Shown here: in pieces, positions 28,301 through 41,744 of the stretch
Position numbering within the stretch: the stretch's first letter is position 1
How the letters are laid out: every line of letters starts with the position of its first letter
NCBI RefSeq assembly: GCF_009834535.1
Contig: NC_045696.1
Span: 83,206,001 to 83,270,000 of the forward strand
Length of the DNA stretch: 64,000 bases
Direction: 5' to 3'
From: Camelus ferus
Lineage: Eukaryota
Translations under genes and position numbers: made by a program
Notes under the pieces: model-generated
What the model was told of the DNA's origin: nothing
Database searches by the model: none
What the model saw: the letters and a program-made list of their open reading frames with translations, nothing else

Positions 28301-28852
28301 TTGCTTTAACTGAGTTTTCAAGCTTTGATGCTTGTTGTATGTGTTCACAGCTTGTCTGCTTGGCTCCTCTTATCTGGCACGCCCTGAATACCCAGAGTGC
28401 GGCAGAAGCCCTCTCCCCTACAGTCCTGACCCCCACCCTTTCAAAACACAAACACAACAAGTCCAGTGCACTGCTCAGGCTTGGAGGCCTTCAGAAGACT
28501 GCTCCACTTCACAAGTGAAAACCCCATCACTGCACACTGGCCCTGGAGTCGCAGTAGCCTGATGTCTGCTTGAAAGGAATTACCAATCTTTCAATCCGTA
28601 AGAAAAGAAAACACACCTGGATAAAGTGGGCTTGTGAATTATCGGATCATCTCATCACCTTCAATAGAGCTACACAGAATGAATCATTGCACATTGACCC
28701 ACAACTATAAAGTGTATTTATGAACACTTCTCATGACTGAGGCACATTCTTAGGCCCTAAAACAAAGGCACAGCCTCCTGCTGTCTCGCACGAGGCAAAA
28801 AAAGACCCTTGTGCGTCTTGGAAGTTCCACTGGAAAGGCACAGTGTAAGGCA

Positions 28853-29020
28853 CTGGTTCTCAAACTTTAGGATATCCAACTGGCCTGGAGGATTTGTTAG
28901 AACAGCAATCTGTTTTTAACAAACCCCAAAGCTCCTGGTTCTTTAGGTCTGGGGTGGGGCCTGAGAATTTGCATTTCTAACAACTTCCCAGGTGATGTCC
29001 AGGCTGCTGGTAACAGGCCA
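28853..29020. mobile_element. MER5A hAT-Charlie element, followed by a MIR fragment to ~29160
   Basis: ggttctcaaactt...ggtctggggtggggcctgagaatttgcatttctaacaacttcccaggtgatg. Confidence 0.85.
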
Positions 29021-30078
29021 CTAAGCTTTTATCATCTGTAAAAATGGAGCTTTGTAATAGCGCCTAACCCATAGGTTTGCCTTGAGAATAAAAGTCGTCA
29101 ATAGCATAGGGTCTGGTACCCAGTGAGAAGTCAATAAATGTTAGCTTCTATTATTATTTTTATTATTTTCGTTATTATTAAGGGATTTGGGGAGGATTCA
29201 TCTAAATTCTCTCTCCTACCTCAGAACGTCTGAAATCCCTTTAACCAAAGACAAACTGATAAAAATTAAATAAAATTCTCCGGGAGAGTTTACCTCCAGT
29301 AATACTAGGAATTAAATTGGCGGTATCATACCCTTTCCTTATTGTGCTTTTGATAAGGTGCAGACCACTGGGGCTCTAACAGGTGTTGATAAAGGGGAAG
29401 GCATTATCCTGAGGAGAACACAGAAACAACACCAACAAGAAAGCCTGAAGTAACAAAGAGAACTTAGGAATTCTCCCGAGCTCTGCCCTATCCCCACGGA
29501 CACTAAATTTCTGTCCAACAGAGTTCCATCTACATTCTATTTGTCTCTGTAAAACCAATTATTATCATTACAATAGCAAAATCATTAAAGAAAAAATGCT
29601 GGACTCCTTTTTTCCAGTTGAAGGTCAGCTGTTTCAAAACTCAAGCTGTGTCCAGCTCTGGTATATGACAGGCCCCCTGAACATCCCCTCAGCAGGACAT
29701 GACGCATGTTGAAAATCAGGTTATTGAAAAAGAAATTCAGAAAATAATGATTGATCTCCCATAGAAAACAGATGCTTCTTGTTAGCAGCTAAGCAAGTGC
29801 TCTCTCTCTGGCTTTTGCAGAAGTCTTAACACTGGGAGTAAGGAAATGCCAAGAAGGCACATACAGTCTGAAAGGAAGACAGCAAGTGCTTTTTCTCAAG
29901 GAAATTACTTCTAACTTTGAAGTATATGAAAATCTCTAAATAACAATTAATACCCAAGAAAAGTGATGCCTGTCCTAGGTCAATGAAAAAATGAGACATT
30001 TCTTACAGATGGGCTCTTTGTTACTCGCCTGACAATATAAGAAATAAATCAAAATCCAAAACTATTTAAACACTAGGT

Positions 30079-31178
30079 TTACACAGCAAAGGAAACCACA
30101 AGTAAAACGACAACATACAAAATGGGAGAAAATATTTGCAAATGATGAGACTGACAAAGGTTTAATTTCCAGAATATATAAACAGCTCATACAACTTAAT
30201 AACAAAGAAACAAACAACCCAATCCAAAAATGGGCAGAACTAATAAAACTCTCCAATGAAGACATACAAATGGCCAATAGGCACATGAAAAAATGCTCAG
30301 TATTGCTAATTATCAGAGAAACACATATCAAAACTATGAGGTATCAACTCACACCAGTCAGAATGTCCATCACTAAATGATAAATGCTGGAGAGGGTGTG
30401 GAGAAAAGGGAACCCTTCTACACTGTTAATGGGAATGCAGTTTGGTGCAGCCGCTATGGAAAATGGTATGGAGATTCCTCAAAAGACTAAAAATAGACTT
30501 ACCATATGATCCAGCAATCCTACTCTTGGGCATATATCCAGAGGGAACCTTAATTCAAAAAGACACATGCACCCCAATGTTCATAACAGAACTACATACA
30601 ATAGCCAAGACATGGAAACAACCTAAATGCCGATCAACAGATTACTGAATAAAGAAGTTGTAGTATATTTATACAATGGAATACTACTCAGTGATTAAAA
30701 AAGAATAAATTAATGTCATTTGCAGCAACATGGATGGACCTGGAGATAGTTATTCTTAGTGCAGTAAGCCAGAAAGAGAAAGAAAAATACCGTATGATAT
30801 CACTCACATATGGAATCTTAAAAAAAGAAAAAAAAAAAAGGAAGGAAAAAGAGGACACTAATGAACTTATCTACAAAACAGAAACAGACTCACAGACATA
30901 GTAAACAATCTTATGGTTACTGGGGGAAAGGGGGTGGGAAGGGATAAATTTGGGAGCTTGAGATCTGCAAATGTTAACCACTATATATAAAAACAGACAA
31001 ACAACAAATTTCTTCTCTATAGCACAGGGAATTATATTCTATATCTTGTAATACCTTTAATGAAAAAGAATATGAAAATGAATGTATGTATATATATGCA
31101 TGACTGGTACATTATACTGTACACCAGAAAGTAACACATTATAACTGACTATATTTCAATTAAAAAAAAAAGAATAAA
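30079..31178 (+). mobile_element. 5'-truncated L1 with poly(A) and 11-bp TSD
   Basis: ORF2 remnants ([40 protein letters not shown]); AAACACTAGGT at 30068-30078 and 31179-31189. Confidence 0.95.
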
Positions 31179-31321
31179 AAACACTAGGTGCCACAATCAA
31201 ATTAGTAGAGTGTCCATGTGATAAGTTACCTTTTTTTGGCTTCTTGCTGAGCATGGGATGCCCTATTCAAGTATACAAGAATATACTTGATTCTTTGGAT
31301 TCTAATTCCTAGGGGAGATTT

Positions 31322-31765
31322 AATCATTGTTGCAAGGGGGAATATTGTGTTATGTTTCTGCAAGTCTCTGGTCACAACATTCTTGACAATCACACAATAC
31401 ATAATGTTGTTCTATGTGTGCTTCTGTTTAAAGACACCATATTCAATATGTATTTTGGGACCATTTTGAACAGCAAAATCACCAACAAAACGCACAATTA
31501 TATGAAGCATTAAACTTTTCATTTAACACCATCTTCATCTAAAACAAGGACTTTTTAAAAGTAAGTTTACAGTCCGAAAGCTAAAACAATAAGGCAGACC
31601 ATTGCCCTCTTTGACCTCATGAGAGAACATGCACATTGGGTGACTCAAATTTTCAGCTGTTCGGTGCATGTCAACAAATGACTGTGAAAGCACTGGGAGT
31701 ATTGACTGGGGGTTACAAATAAATTTTAGTGAGTTGGTGACTTCACAAATAATGAAGATTGACTG
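31322..31765. mobile_element. MER82-like TcMar-Tigger element (internally deleted)
   Basis: ctctggtcacaacat...ctgtttaaagacacc...ggggttacaaataaattttag...aataatgaagattgactg terminus. Confidence 0.75.
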
Positions 31766-31799
31766 TGTGTTCGTCACCATTTTGAAGATCTTGCTCTAT

Positions 31800-32800
31800 T
31801 TTTTTTCTAGATTCTACTATGACAAATTATCTGTCGTTTTAGGCTATTTGTCTTTTCTATCTTGTCGCTTTTAGAATTCTTTCTTTATTTATGATGTTCT
31901 GAAGTTTCACCATAATGCAGAGAGGTATGAATTTAAATTACTTCTACAATAGTTAGTGTCCATATCCAATCTGAAAATATATATCTTTCTCTAATTCTGG
32001 AAAAACATTTTTCAGCCATTATCTCTTCAAACATTATTTCTCTGCCATTTCTCCCTTATTTCTGGGACTCCTAATATACAGATATGGAAACTTCTCAATA
32101 TAACATCTATATATCTTAATTCTTCTTTCATATTTTTCATCTCTTCAAATCATTTGATTATGTGCTAAATGAAACTTTCAGAACTAACTTTTAATTCTTA
32201 AGATACACATATATATAATACATATACATACATATGCACACAAACACATCCACAATTTCTATGAATTTTATATTATGATCCCTTTTTCGGATTTACATCT
32301 GCCAGTTTTTGTTTCACTGTTTTCTTTTAGTATTCCTTTCTTTTTCTTTTTGGGGAACTTGAACATACTTATTTAAAAGCTATTTATGACTAGTATGTTA
32401 TTCATTTGTTGATGGAACTAAATTTATCTTCTCACTGTTGAGTTTTTAGCTCTTTTCCTTAACATTGATTTTTTTCTATGGACTTCAGAATTTTGGTTGG
32501 TGACTTCAATTTGCATGAAAGCGTTTAACTCTCTTTGCTGTCTCTCTGAGCTCATTCCTCTCCATCTATCGGTTTTGCAGTCACCTGCACCTGGACACTC
32601 CAGAACAGCTACTGCATTAGGGCACATGCATTCCTGGAATGGGGCTGCCATAGACAGTCTCCGAACAAGCAGGTGCCTTGGCCTGGTTCTGACTCCCTCT
32701 CAACACCTGAAGTATGCAAATTAGAACAAGCAGCTTGAGTCATGGTCCTTTCAAAGCCAGGGAAATACTTTCCTGGCTCCTGGTTTCCTGCCAAGAGACT
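31800..32800 (-). mobile_element. Ancient L1 (L1ME-like) fragment
   Basis: T-rich antisense L1 motifs (ttctgaagtttcaccataatg, aattctggaaaa...cagccattatctcttcaaa). Confidence 0.55.
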
Positions 32801-32816
32801 GACCTTGGTACCATGC

Positions 32817-33385
32817 TGTTACAGGTTGCATTATGTTTCTCCCAAAATGTGTAAGTTCTAACCCCCAGCACCTCGGAATGTGATCTTATTTGGAAACAGC
32901 GTCATTGCAGATGTAATTAGTTAAGATGAGGTCACATTGGAGTAGGATTAGCCTCTAATCCAATATTTATAATCTTTACAAAGATTTCTCTTCACATGTG
33001 TGTGAAGAGAAAGATACACAGGGAGAGTGTCATGTGATGATGAATGCAGAGATGGGAGTGATGCGTCTATAAGCCAAAGGACACCATATATTGCCAACAA
33101 AGGATGACAAGTAGCAGAGAGGCCTGGAACAGATCCTTCCCTAACACCTTCAGAGGGAGCATGGCCCTGCTGACACTAAACCTCGGGCTGCTAGCCATAG
33201 GAACTATGACACAGCACATTTCTTTTCTTTTCTTATTAAAGTATAGTCAGTTATAATGTGTCAATTTCTGGTCTACAGCATAATTTCCCAGTCATGTATA
33301 TGCATGTGTGTGTATATCTGTGTATTCTGTGTTTAAACCACTCGGTTTGTGGTAACTTGTTACAGCAGCCATAGCAAACTAATGA
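32817..33385 (+). mobile_element. MaLR MLT1 (B/C/D-like) solo LTR containing a short antisense L1 3' tip (~33220-33320)
   Basis: aacccccagcacctcggaatgtgatcttatttggaaa...ccttcagagggagcatggccctgctgacac...ttgttacagcagccatagcaaactaat; the insert gtatagtcagttataatgtgt is the reverse complement of the L1 end near 31135-31152. Confidence 0.85.
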
Positions 33386-36300
33386 CCTCACTATTTGGTT
33401 ACTTCAGTCTCTAAGTCCAGTTCCTGGTGTCTTGCCTGTTTCCAGACTTGAGCCACACAGGTCTGATTTAGCCAACCCCATCCCCACTCATTTACAACTC
33501 TGTGATTCTGTGTCCTTTTTTTAATATGGAAAAGTGTTTGCGTGTGAGTGTGTGTGGTTTTTTTTAGTTTGGCTATTCTTACTTAATTAAAAAAATATGG
33601 TCTATTTACCACTATCAAATCTCTGGAGAGGATGAACGAATTTAATATGAAAACTCACCATACAATCTTTACTGAAAATCTCTATTTTCTAAGTATTCTG
33701 TAAGAAACATATATTGTTTTTATAATAGGGAAGACTATTTTAAGAAAGAAAGTGATATAATAAAGTATATCCTGATCCATGGTTTTAAGAATATTTTATA
33801 AAAGAAAAGAAAAAATTAGGAAGGAAAGAAAAGAAAGAATGTAAGGAAATAAAGGAAAGAAGATACTATTTCTCTCCAGAGCATAAGCAAAGATTCTTCT
33901 ATATACAGAGTCAAAGGAGCAGGTAAGGTGAAAAAAAAATCAATAATCAAAATCTATTGTCATTTCTGTTTGCCTCTAACTAATTTTAAATTTTTTCTAA
34001 TCCACTGTTCTAGGTCCAATGGATTCCTTAATTCCTTCTACTGGTGAATTTTTCACCCATGTGTCTATTTGGAGAAAAAAAAACACAGCATTAAATCAGG
34101 TCCCCTAGAAATGGCTATGGGTGGTGCCAAACTTCCCAGGTTTTCTGGGAAGCTGGGCAGGATGACATACTTTGCTACCCAGAGACTAACATCCATATGC
34201 ATTTGTGCTATTTTCACTGATGAACAGCTTGAGAAGTATTCATTAATAAAACCTTTCAATGATTCCAGATTCAGAATGTCTGCAAACATCAGTCATGACC
34301 CAGAAACAAATCAAAGCAGCCTAGAAAATTTTAAATAGACTTGAACTTAGTTTGGAACAAGCATTAAAAAATGTTGGATAAACCTGGGATCTAGGTCATA
34401 GTCATAAAAAAGAGACCATAATTACATAAAATAAAGCAATGGAATGACCTCTCACTAAATTCTTATCTAATTTGTCTTGTATTTATCAAAGGAAGCATTT
34501 CTGGGATATTAGCTATACATTTGCAACTTAAATTTTACATTAGAAGGATTATAAATATCTTTGCACAATATGTAAGTGGAGGCAGGTGGCATTGTGGAAA
34601 GACTGTTAGATTTGGGGTAAAAAAAAAAAGTCTGGATCTACCATTTACTGACCACAAGCAAATCTTTTAATCTTTCTAAGCCTCATTTTCCTCACAACTG
34701 GAAATAGGAATAATAATACCTTCTACCTACATAGTAGATTATATGAATTACAAAGTGTTATTCAACAAAGAGTGTTTATTTACATTATTATAAAATTTAG
34801 AGTAAAAGAAAACCTGAAAACAAAAATGAAATTCGGCATAGACTAATGATGTCCTTAGAGATCGCCGTGTAAAGGCCCACGGCGGCCTTGCCCTTTCAGC
34901 TCCTGAAAGGGTATACACGTGCCCAGTCAGAATAACCCGGAGACTCAGCTGAGTAGCTCGGGCTCAGAGACCCCGGCCCTGATCTTTCTGCTTCGTGTTC
35001 CGACTCTCAGCACGGCTGATTCAGAGGTCTGAATGTGGTGGTTCACACTGAGGGCCTGAGAGAGCAAGGACGCACAGGTTCAAATGAATTCCTATTTATG
35101 GATCTATTAGTAGCTTAAAAACCTGGACTGTTCTTCACAGTGAGTCAGGTACCTGGGGAGTAGATCTACTCAGGAAACCAAATTATAGATGAGAAGCTGG
35201 CAGTGTCCGTCTGAACAAAGAAAGTCACATGCCTTTAACACTTCATGCCCTCAAGCTCAAAAACCCAGTGATTGCCATCCTCTACTACACATTATTTCTC
35301 CCTGTTTAAGCAGGATGGGTAGAAAAGCAGGCTCTTCCTTGGGGAGAATCAGAAACATCAATTCGCCAACATTTATTTTCTGTGCTCCAACAGTGTGCTG
35401 GGCCCTGGGTCGACAAAAAGATGCATGAAAGGGGGCCTGTACTCAGGGAGCTTTGAGTCTAGAAAGACAGACACGAGAACCACTAACCATAAAAAGACAA
35501 GGTGAAGGGAGTTTGTGTGAATTTGGTGCGAGTGTGCAGTGAGCGGTGAACAAAGGACAAAGAAGCTAACATTCTTCGGGCACTCAGATTGGCGGGACAG
35601 TAGGCATTTTGCACGTATTATCCCATTCAATTTAATTCTTCCAACAATTCCATAAGAAGGAGATGTAACCCATGTATCAGCCACAGTCATCTTGTTCTCT
35701 AATTCTACAGGAGATTGACTCCAACAGTCCCTTTGCTTCAGCAGGCCCTCAGCTGACAGGGTCGGTGGATACCCAGGGAAATCACAGGCTCATTCACGGG
35801 AGGCTGAAAAGTCCTGCCGCAGCGCTTAGCGAGAGGAGTATGAATGTCCTTACTACTCTGGTGTTTTTCATTTACTATGTGTTATAAATCACACACATTT
35901 TATGGCATATAATGCTTTTTGTATGTTTAATACTTAAAACTATAAAATTTTAATTACTTAAGTAGCCCTCCACCCTTTATTCTCCAAAGTATCCTAGTTT
36001 GTACAATAAGTGTAATGATTTTCTTACTGTGACCCCAATAGTCACCTGGCCCAGTGTCCATGGCAGCCATCTGCAGGGACACTCCTGGAAATAATTGTAA
36101 CTATCCATGGCTTGAAGTCCTACCCAGCTATGGGGCCCAGAATTTTTTGATTGATATTTTAGTGGAGTACACATTATCAACCAGTACACCAAAACTCAGC
36201 CAGGATGAGAACAGATTTTGATCCTCAACCAGGTCAAGAAACTCCCCATGTCTACCTGGAGAGGCTTAGCCCACCATCTCATTAACCTCACTATAAAAAG

Positions 36301-39300
36301 GGAGGATTTTATGCCATTAAATCCCTTAAGTTATTTTATTATGATCATATTTCATATTGCTTACTTGCCAGAGAAGAAGAAAATATGGATTACATTTCCT
36401 GAACCAAGTTTTGGTATACATTAATCAAAAATATGTTTTATGTATACATTTATTTATATAATACATGTTATAAAACAAATAAGTATTGAGTAATGCCTTT
36501 AATAAATTGCCTTTATTAAAAAGAATAAGTTCATTAAAGCAGGACATTCTTACAAAATTTGGTTAATGTTTTCATTTATGTCAAAAAAAATAATGCCTGG
36601 ATTAAGGGCTTCCAAATTATAAATCATTTGATGGATCCTCCTAAATGATCCTAAATTATTCTTTTCTAGCTTTAGAAAAAGAATTGCAACCAAGATATGA
36701 AAATAAATCCTGAAATCATCCTGAAAGGGTGTCATTAACCTGAAAGAAAGTGTTTCTGACTCCTTTAAAATTGAAAATAACAAGCTAAAATTAGCATTAA
36801 CTGAGCAACAAAATTTTAAAAATATATTGCAGGTTTGCTCATAGAGAATACCGTGACAATAACAAATGGGAGTGAGTCATACACAGAGTGTAATTTGAAG
36901 AGTCCAGGTGCGGCTTGGCATATAGAGATATCATATAAACTAGTGCTTGAAATGTAACAGTTACAGTAATAACCCAGGAGCAATATCCAAAAAAGCAAAC
37001 AGATACATCAAAGTGAAAAACAGGTTCTGTAATTCCTACCCTTCATGGTAAGGTACGGGAGCACACCATTTTCCATGAGTAAAATAAGTAATACTTCCAA
37101 GGAAACTAGATTGTCTCTGCAGGGCAAGTAAAACTGTCATTGACTGAATTGTACCCAGGAGCCCAGGATGTTAATTTATCTCATCTTGCCCTCCTTGTCT
37201 CAGGCAGGATTAGGTAATCATTAGGGATGAAACAATGAGGACAGCCAATGAATGCTGGAGGAGAACTGATTTTAAATATATGTTTGTAACTTTGCCCTAC
37301 ATCTGGTCTAATGATCTTTGGGAATTTAAAATAATTTTGGATAAACGATCAGAACACTAAAGCAAATAGATTCAACAGTTAGACATGTGATTTAGAAACT
37401 AATAATAATGAACAAGAATACATTATTAATATTCAAATTCTGCAATTCCAAACCTTAAAAACCAATCCAAAATGGCTTTAATGGCTCGACTGACATACTA
37501 AGAACTGAGTATGTTGCCAAACTTAATGCCCAAAGCATACAATGGTAAATGGTGTCTGACGTCTAAGCTGTATAATGAAGACTGAATATTGGCGAAAGTT
37601 CCACTAATGTGTGCAGCAGAGAAGGATAACTAGCAGAAAGTGTATAAAGTCCCTTTCCGGCTTTTTTAATTGTTGTTAAGTCCACTGTGAGTCCTGGTAG
37701 TCTAGTAACTATGGCTTGGATTTCCTGTCATTGTAATTAACTATCAATGAAAATTTGCTTGCATGTTTTCAATTTAATAGTGTATATTCATCAACTTTTT
37801 GGTTTGAATATTTTTACTGGATGTAAAATACAGTGAGGCTTAAGGGAACTGAATTGTGCCATTTTGAAAATGTTTTGTTTTTATTACAAAATGTTCCATG
37901 CTCGAGGCAAAAAAAAAAAAAATGTAAACAGTATAGAGAAACAAATGAAAATAAAACCTCTCCCTTTTTGACTGCCCTCCCCTATCCTCCCAGATCTTGA
38001 AGCCATATTCTTAATAATTTGCCGTAAGTTCACTCAAGATATTTTCAGTACCAGGCCTAACACCCACACGTACACTTGCCACATACACACAAGGATTCAC
38101 ACAGCCTGAGAACTTTCCTTCACAACAAAGGTACTGTCTCCTTCTTTTTGATGATTACCTCATGTTTTAATTTTCTAACATCTTTTTTTAAGGCAGGAAA
38201 GTCTAGGTAAGTAAACACTTTTGTGTACATGTCTGAGGCCCAACAAAGGAGACCCTCCCTAGAGAGAGGAGTCAGTAAAAAAGACAATTATATGGAAAAG
38301 ACAAGTACATATGATGAATTTGCCCACTGTTGGTCCATTCTGCGAACATTAGGTCAGGTAAAGGCTCTGGTCTTTTTGTTTTATAAAGTACAGTCAAATG
38401 GGCAAACATCGTGTGAGCATGGTGTCATTCGGAATTCATTTGCGTGTTAACAAGCTAAGGGGTATTTCTATGTTAATCCACTATTTCCTCTCATGCAGAA
38501 TCACTTAGAAACACTGGCATTTTCAATGAACTATGTGTTTGAGGAAATGGATACAAGTCTGTACTTTGAAAATAAGAACAAAATGCAATTTTGTTTGTTA
38601 AATTACTCTAAGTAGCAATTTAACTGGATTTTTTAAATAATTGAGCTTCCTGACCCTTCAGCTAGTCTTTTAATATTAAACAATCCCACTAACATTTTGC
38701 AGATAATCATGCCTAAAGTAGTGCTTCAAATTGGGCTGTTAATGAGAGTACTGGCTGGCAGACCTGAGTTTCTTGCAAAATCTATTATGGATTGTTTTAT
38801 AACTTTATTAAGGGTATATCAGACGGGTCCATAAAATACAGGGATGTTTCAATACAGAATGTGACTTTTATTAGTTCTCTCATGATAAACGACATCAGCT
38901 TGATTCGAGATGGCAATAAAAAATATATAGCCTATTCTAGGGAGCTCCATTTCCCAGATCTTGCGATTTGTGATTAGCAGGCAAAGAATTTATACCACAT
39001 AGCAGTCAAGGTAATGGACAACGTAAGATTTACCTTACCAAACATTTCCACTGAAAGTCAAATCTCTACAGCCTGGCAGCTATAGTGTGCCTCCTAACAT
39101 TTCTTGTAAGCGCATTCAAGGATTACATACACCTTTTTGTCATGCTTAAGATTAAGAATGGGGTGACCCATTTACAGATAGTTAATAGTTAAGCTACCTT
39201 AAAAATACTAAAAAATGTTTGAGAGTTTCATATTATCTCTAAAACAGCAAAAAAAAAAAAGAAAGTTAATACCATGTTATAATTTAGAATATGTTCAATC

Positions 39301-41744
39301 CAAACAACTTTAAAAGTTACTCTTCTTTTACAAAATAACTCAACTATTCTGTATATTATGACAAAGATTCCTAAGCCTTTAGGCTTATGTAGCGGACATA
39401 CCTCTCTGACTTTGACAATACCTCCTCCTCCACCGTAGTCTAGTCTAAAAGTACATTCCTTTTTCCAAAAAATAAAAAATCTTTTGAATAAGATCTATAA
39501 TTGTTTTAAGTCTATTTTTAATGCATTAACATAAACATACGAACTCAGATATTAGAAATGAATCATGTTTCCAGGAGTCTACCGGAAAAATATCTACAAG
39601 TTGATGGACTAATATTTCCATTAAATTTTAATATAAAATTTGTAATGTCCTGTGTCTTGAAAAAAGTTCCTTAATGTTCAAGAAGAGCAATGCTTTGTTA
39701 AAACCTTACTAAATCCTGTCTCTTCCTATTACTTCATGGTGATCTACGTTCTGCCTATTCACCCCTTGTCCTAACAGTCATTGAGCATCTGCTACATGCC
39801 AGGCCCTGGGCAAGGCATCAGTCAGGGCTGCTAGGGGACTAAGACAAGATTCTTAACTTCAAGGCATTTGTGGTCTGATGGGAGAGACAGACAATTTAAC
39901 AAACAAATAGCCTAAACCATGTGAAGTTCTAACAGAGAGTTTGCCCAAAGGGCTAGGGGACCAGAAGAATCAAAGAGACTAAGTGTTCACTAGATCCTTG
40001 GGAAAATGGAGCCCAGCAAGTTCACAGAGAAGGTGGCTGTGGGCTGAAGATATTTCCTCCATCCTTCCCCTCCCACCTCCATCTACATTAAGCCTCTTTC
40101 CCACGATTCTGACTCTTCCCATGTTGGTGATATACTATATAATTATTAGGGAGCTTATCTGCAGTAAATGTCTCCACTGCTTGACCACATTTTCTTTTAA
40201 ATGGGACTTTGGGGAATAGGATACTTCCTGGTAGTCAAAATTATAATTAGGTTCTTAACGACTCCAGAAAAAGGAGAAATTACATTTCCACCTACTCTTA
40301 CCTTTAAGGCCTATCCCAGTATCTTGTGTTTCTTTCCGTGGTAGGAGACATGTTGAAGATTACTCTTCTGTGTAAGTCTTACCCCATCTAGGCTCTAGGT
40401 TCAATGGGATTTAGGAAGGTACCAATACAGCATCTAGTACATCACCGATCATCTCACAGTATCAAAATTTCACATATACAAACACTTTTACTATTTACAT
40501 ATCCTTTTCACTGATACATTTTCATTTGATTCTAAAAAAAAAAAACTGTGAGTCTGGTAGGACACATATAAATTTTATCCTCACTTTAGAGATGAGAAAA
40601 CTGAGATTCGGCAAGTACAATGGCAGAAACTGGACTAGACTTTGAGGCTTTTTTCTGTCTCCTCATGATGCCTTTCATTCACTTGTCTAATTTAAATTAA
40701 TTCTTGGACTAATCATTATTCTGGAAATAGAGTCTGAAAACCCTAGCCAATATTTTTTTAATATCCATAGGAAGGAATATCTCTCACACTCAAAGTATTA
40801 GAACTATTTAAATTTTCTTTAGTTATATGTATATTTTACATACATGTTAGTATTTGACTCATTATTTTATTCAATGATTAAAATCATAGCATGTGAATTA
40901 TTATTTCTGATTTTAATTAAGAAAATTGAGTAGCAGCATGATTTTTCAGCTGAATGAAAGCTGAAGTATCTAATCTCAGATGGCAGCTTTTGTGTGCTGT
41001 GTGTGCTTTTGTGTGTGTGGTTGGGGGGGTGTCTTGAGATTACCAAATATAATATTAATAGCAATGTGGTAAGAGATCAATTATAGTTATAATGGTTAGT
41101 AGAACAGTGAGTTAAAATATATTTTTTTTCCAAATAGATCCACGAGAGAAGAGAAAGTCTCTGTGAATATGAAGTTGCCAGAGTACAGTGACCGCTGAAG
41201 AAGAATTTATACAACACTGTTTGTCAGAAAGCCATTTCCTCCATAGAAAGTTGTGCAGAAGTCTATCGAGTCTAGGTAAGAAAAGCAAGTCATCTAAAGA
41301 TAAACCACAACTCAGGACCTAGCTGATCTGGGGACATTTGATCACCATAAAGAAAAATGAAGTAAACAATCATCTTGACAGCTGATCATCAAAACTGGCA
41401 GAGAGAAGCGTGACAGCATTGTAGTGGGGCTTTCCTCAGTGAAGAAACAGTGGACCATAACCTTTCCGTCTCGAACCTTCCACCAGGGAATTATACCCCA
41501 GCTAGGCTGGGAAGTCACCTGACAAACACCAGCTAGCTGCCTCTCTCGAGATTTCTCTCAGGTTGACACTGCTAGGATGAACTTCCCTGAATCCAAGGGC
41601 AGGTCTTGCCACTTCATTCTGTCTTCTTAGGGCAGGTGAATATGTCAAATCAGAGAATAACATAATGGTTTACACTGATGTTTATGCCGCATGCTCATTA
41701 TTAGCCAAATCAAAATCCAGAGTTGTTTGTCAAGCATGGGAACT

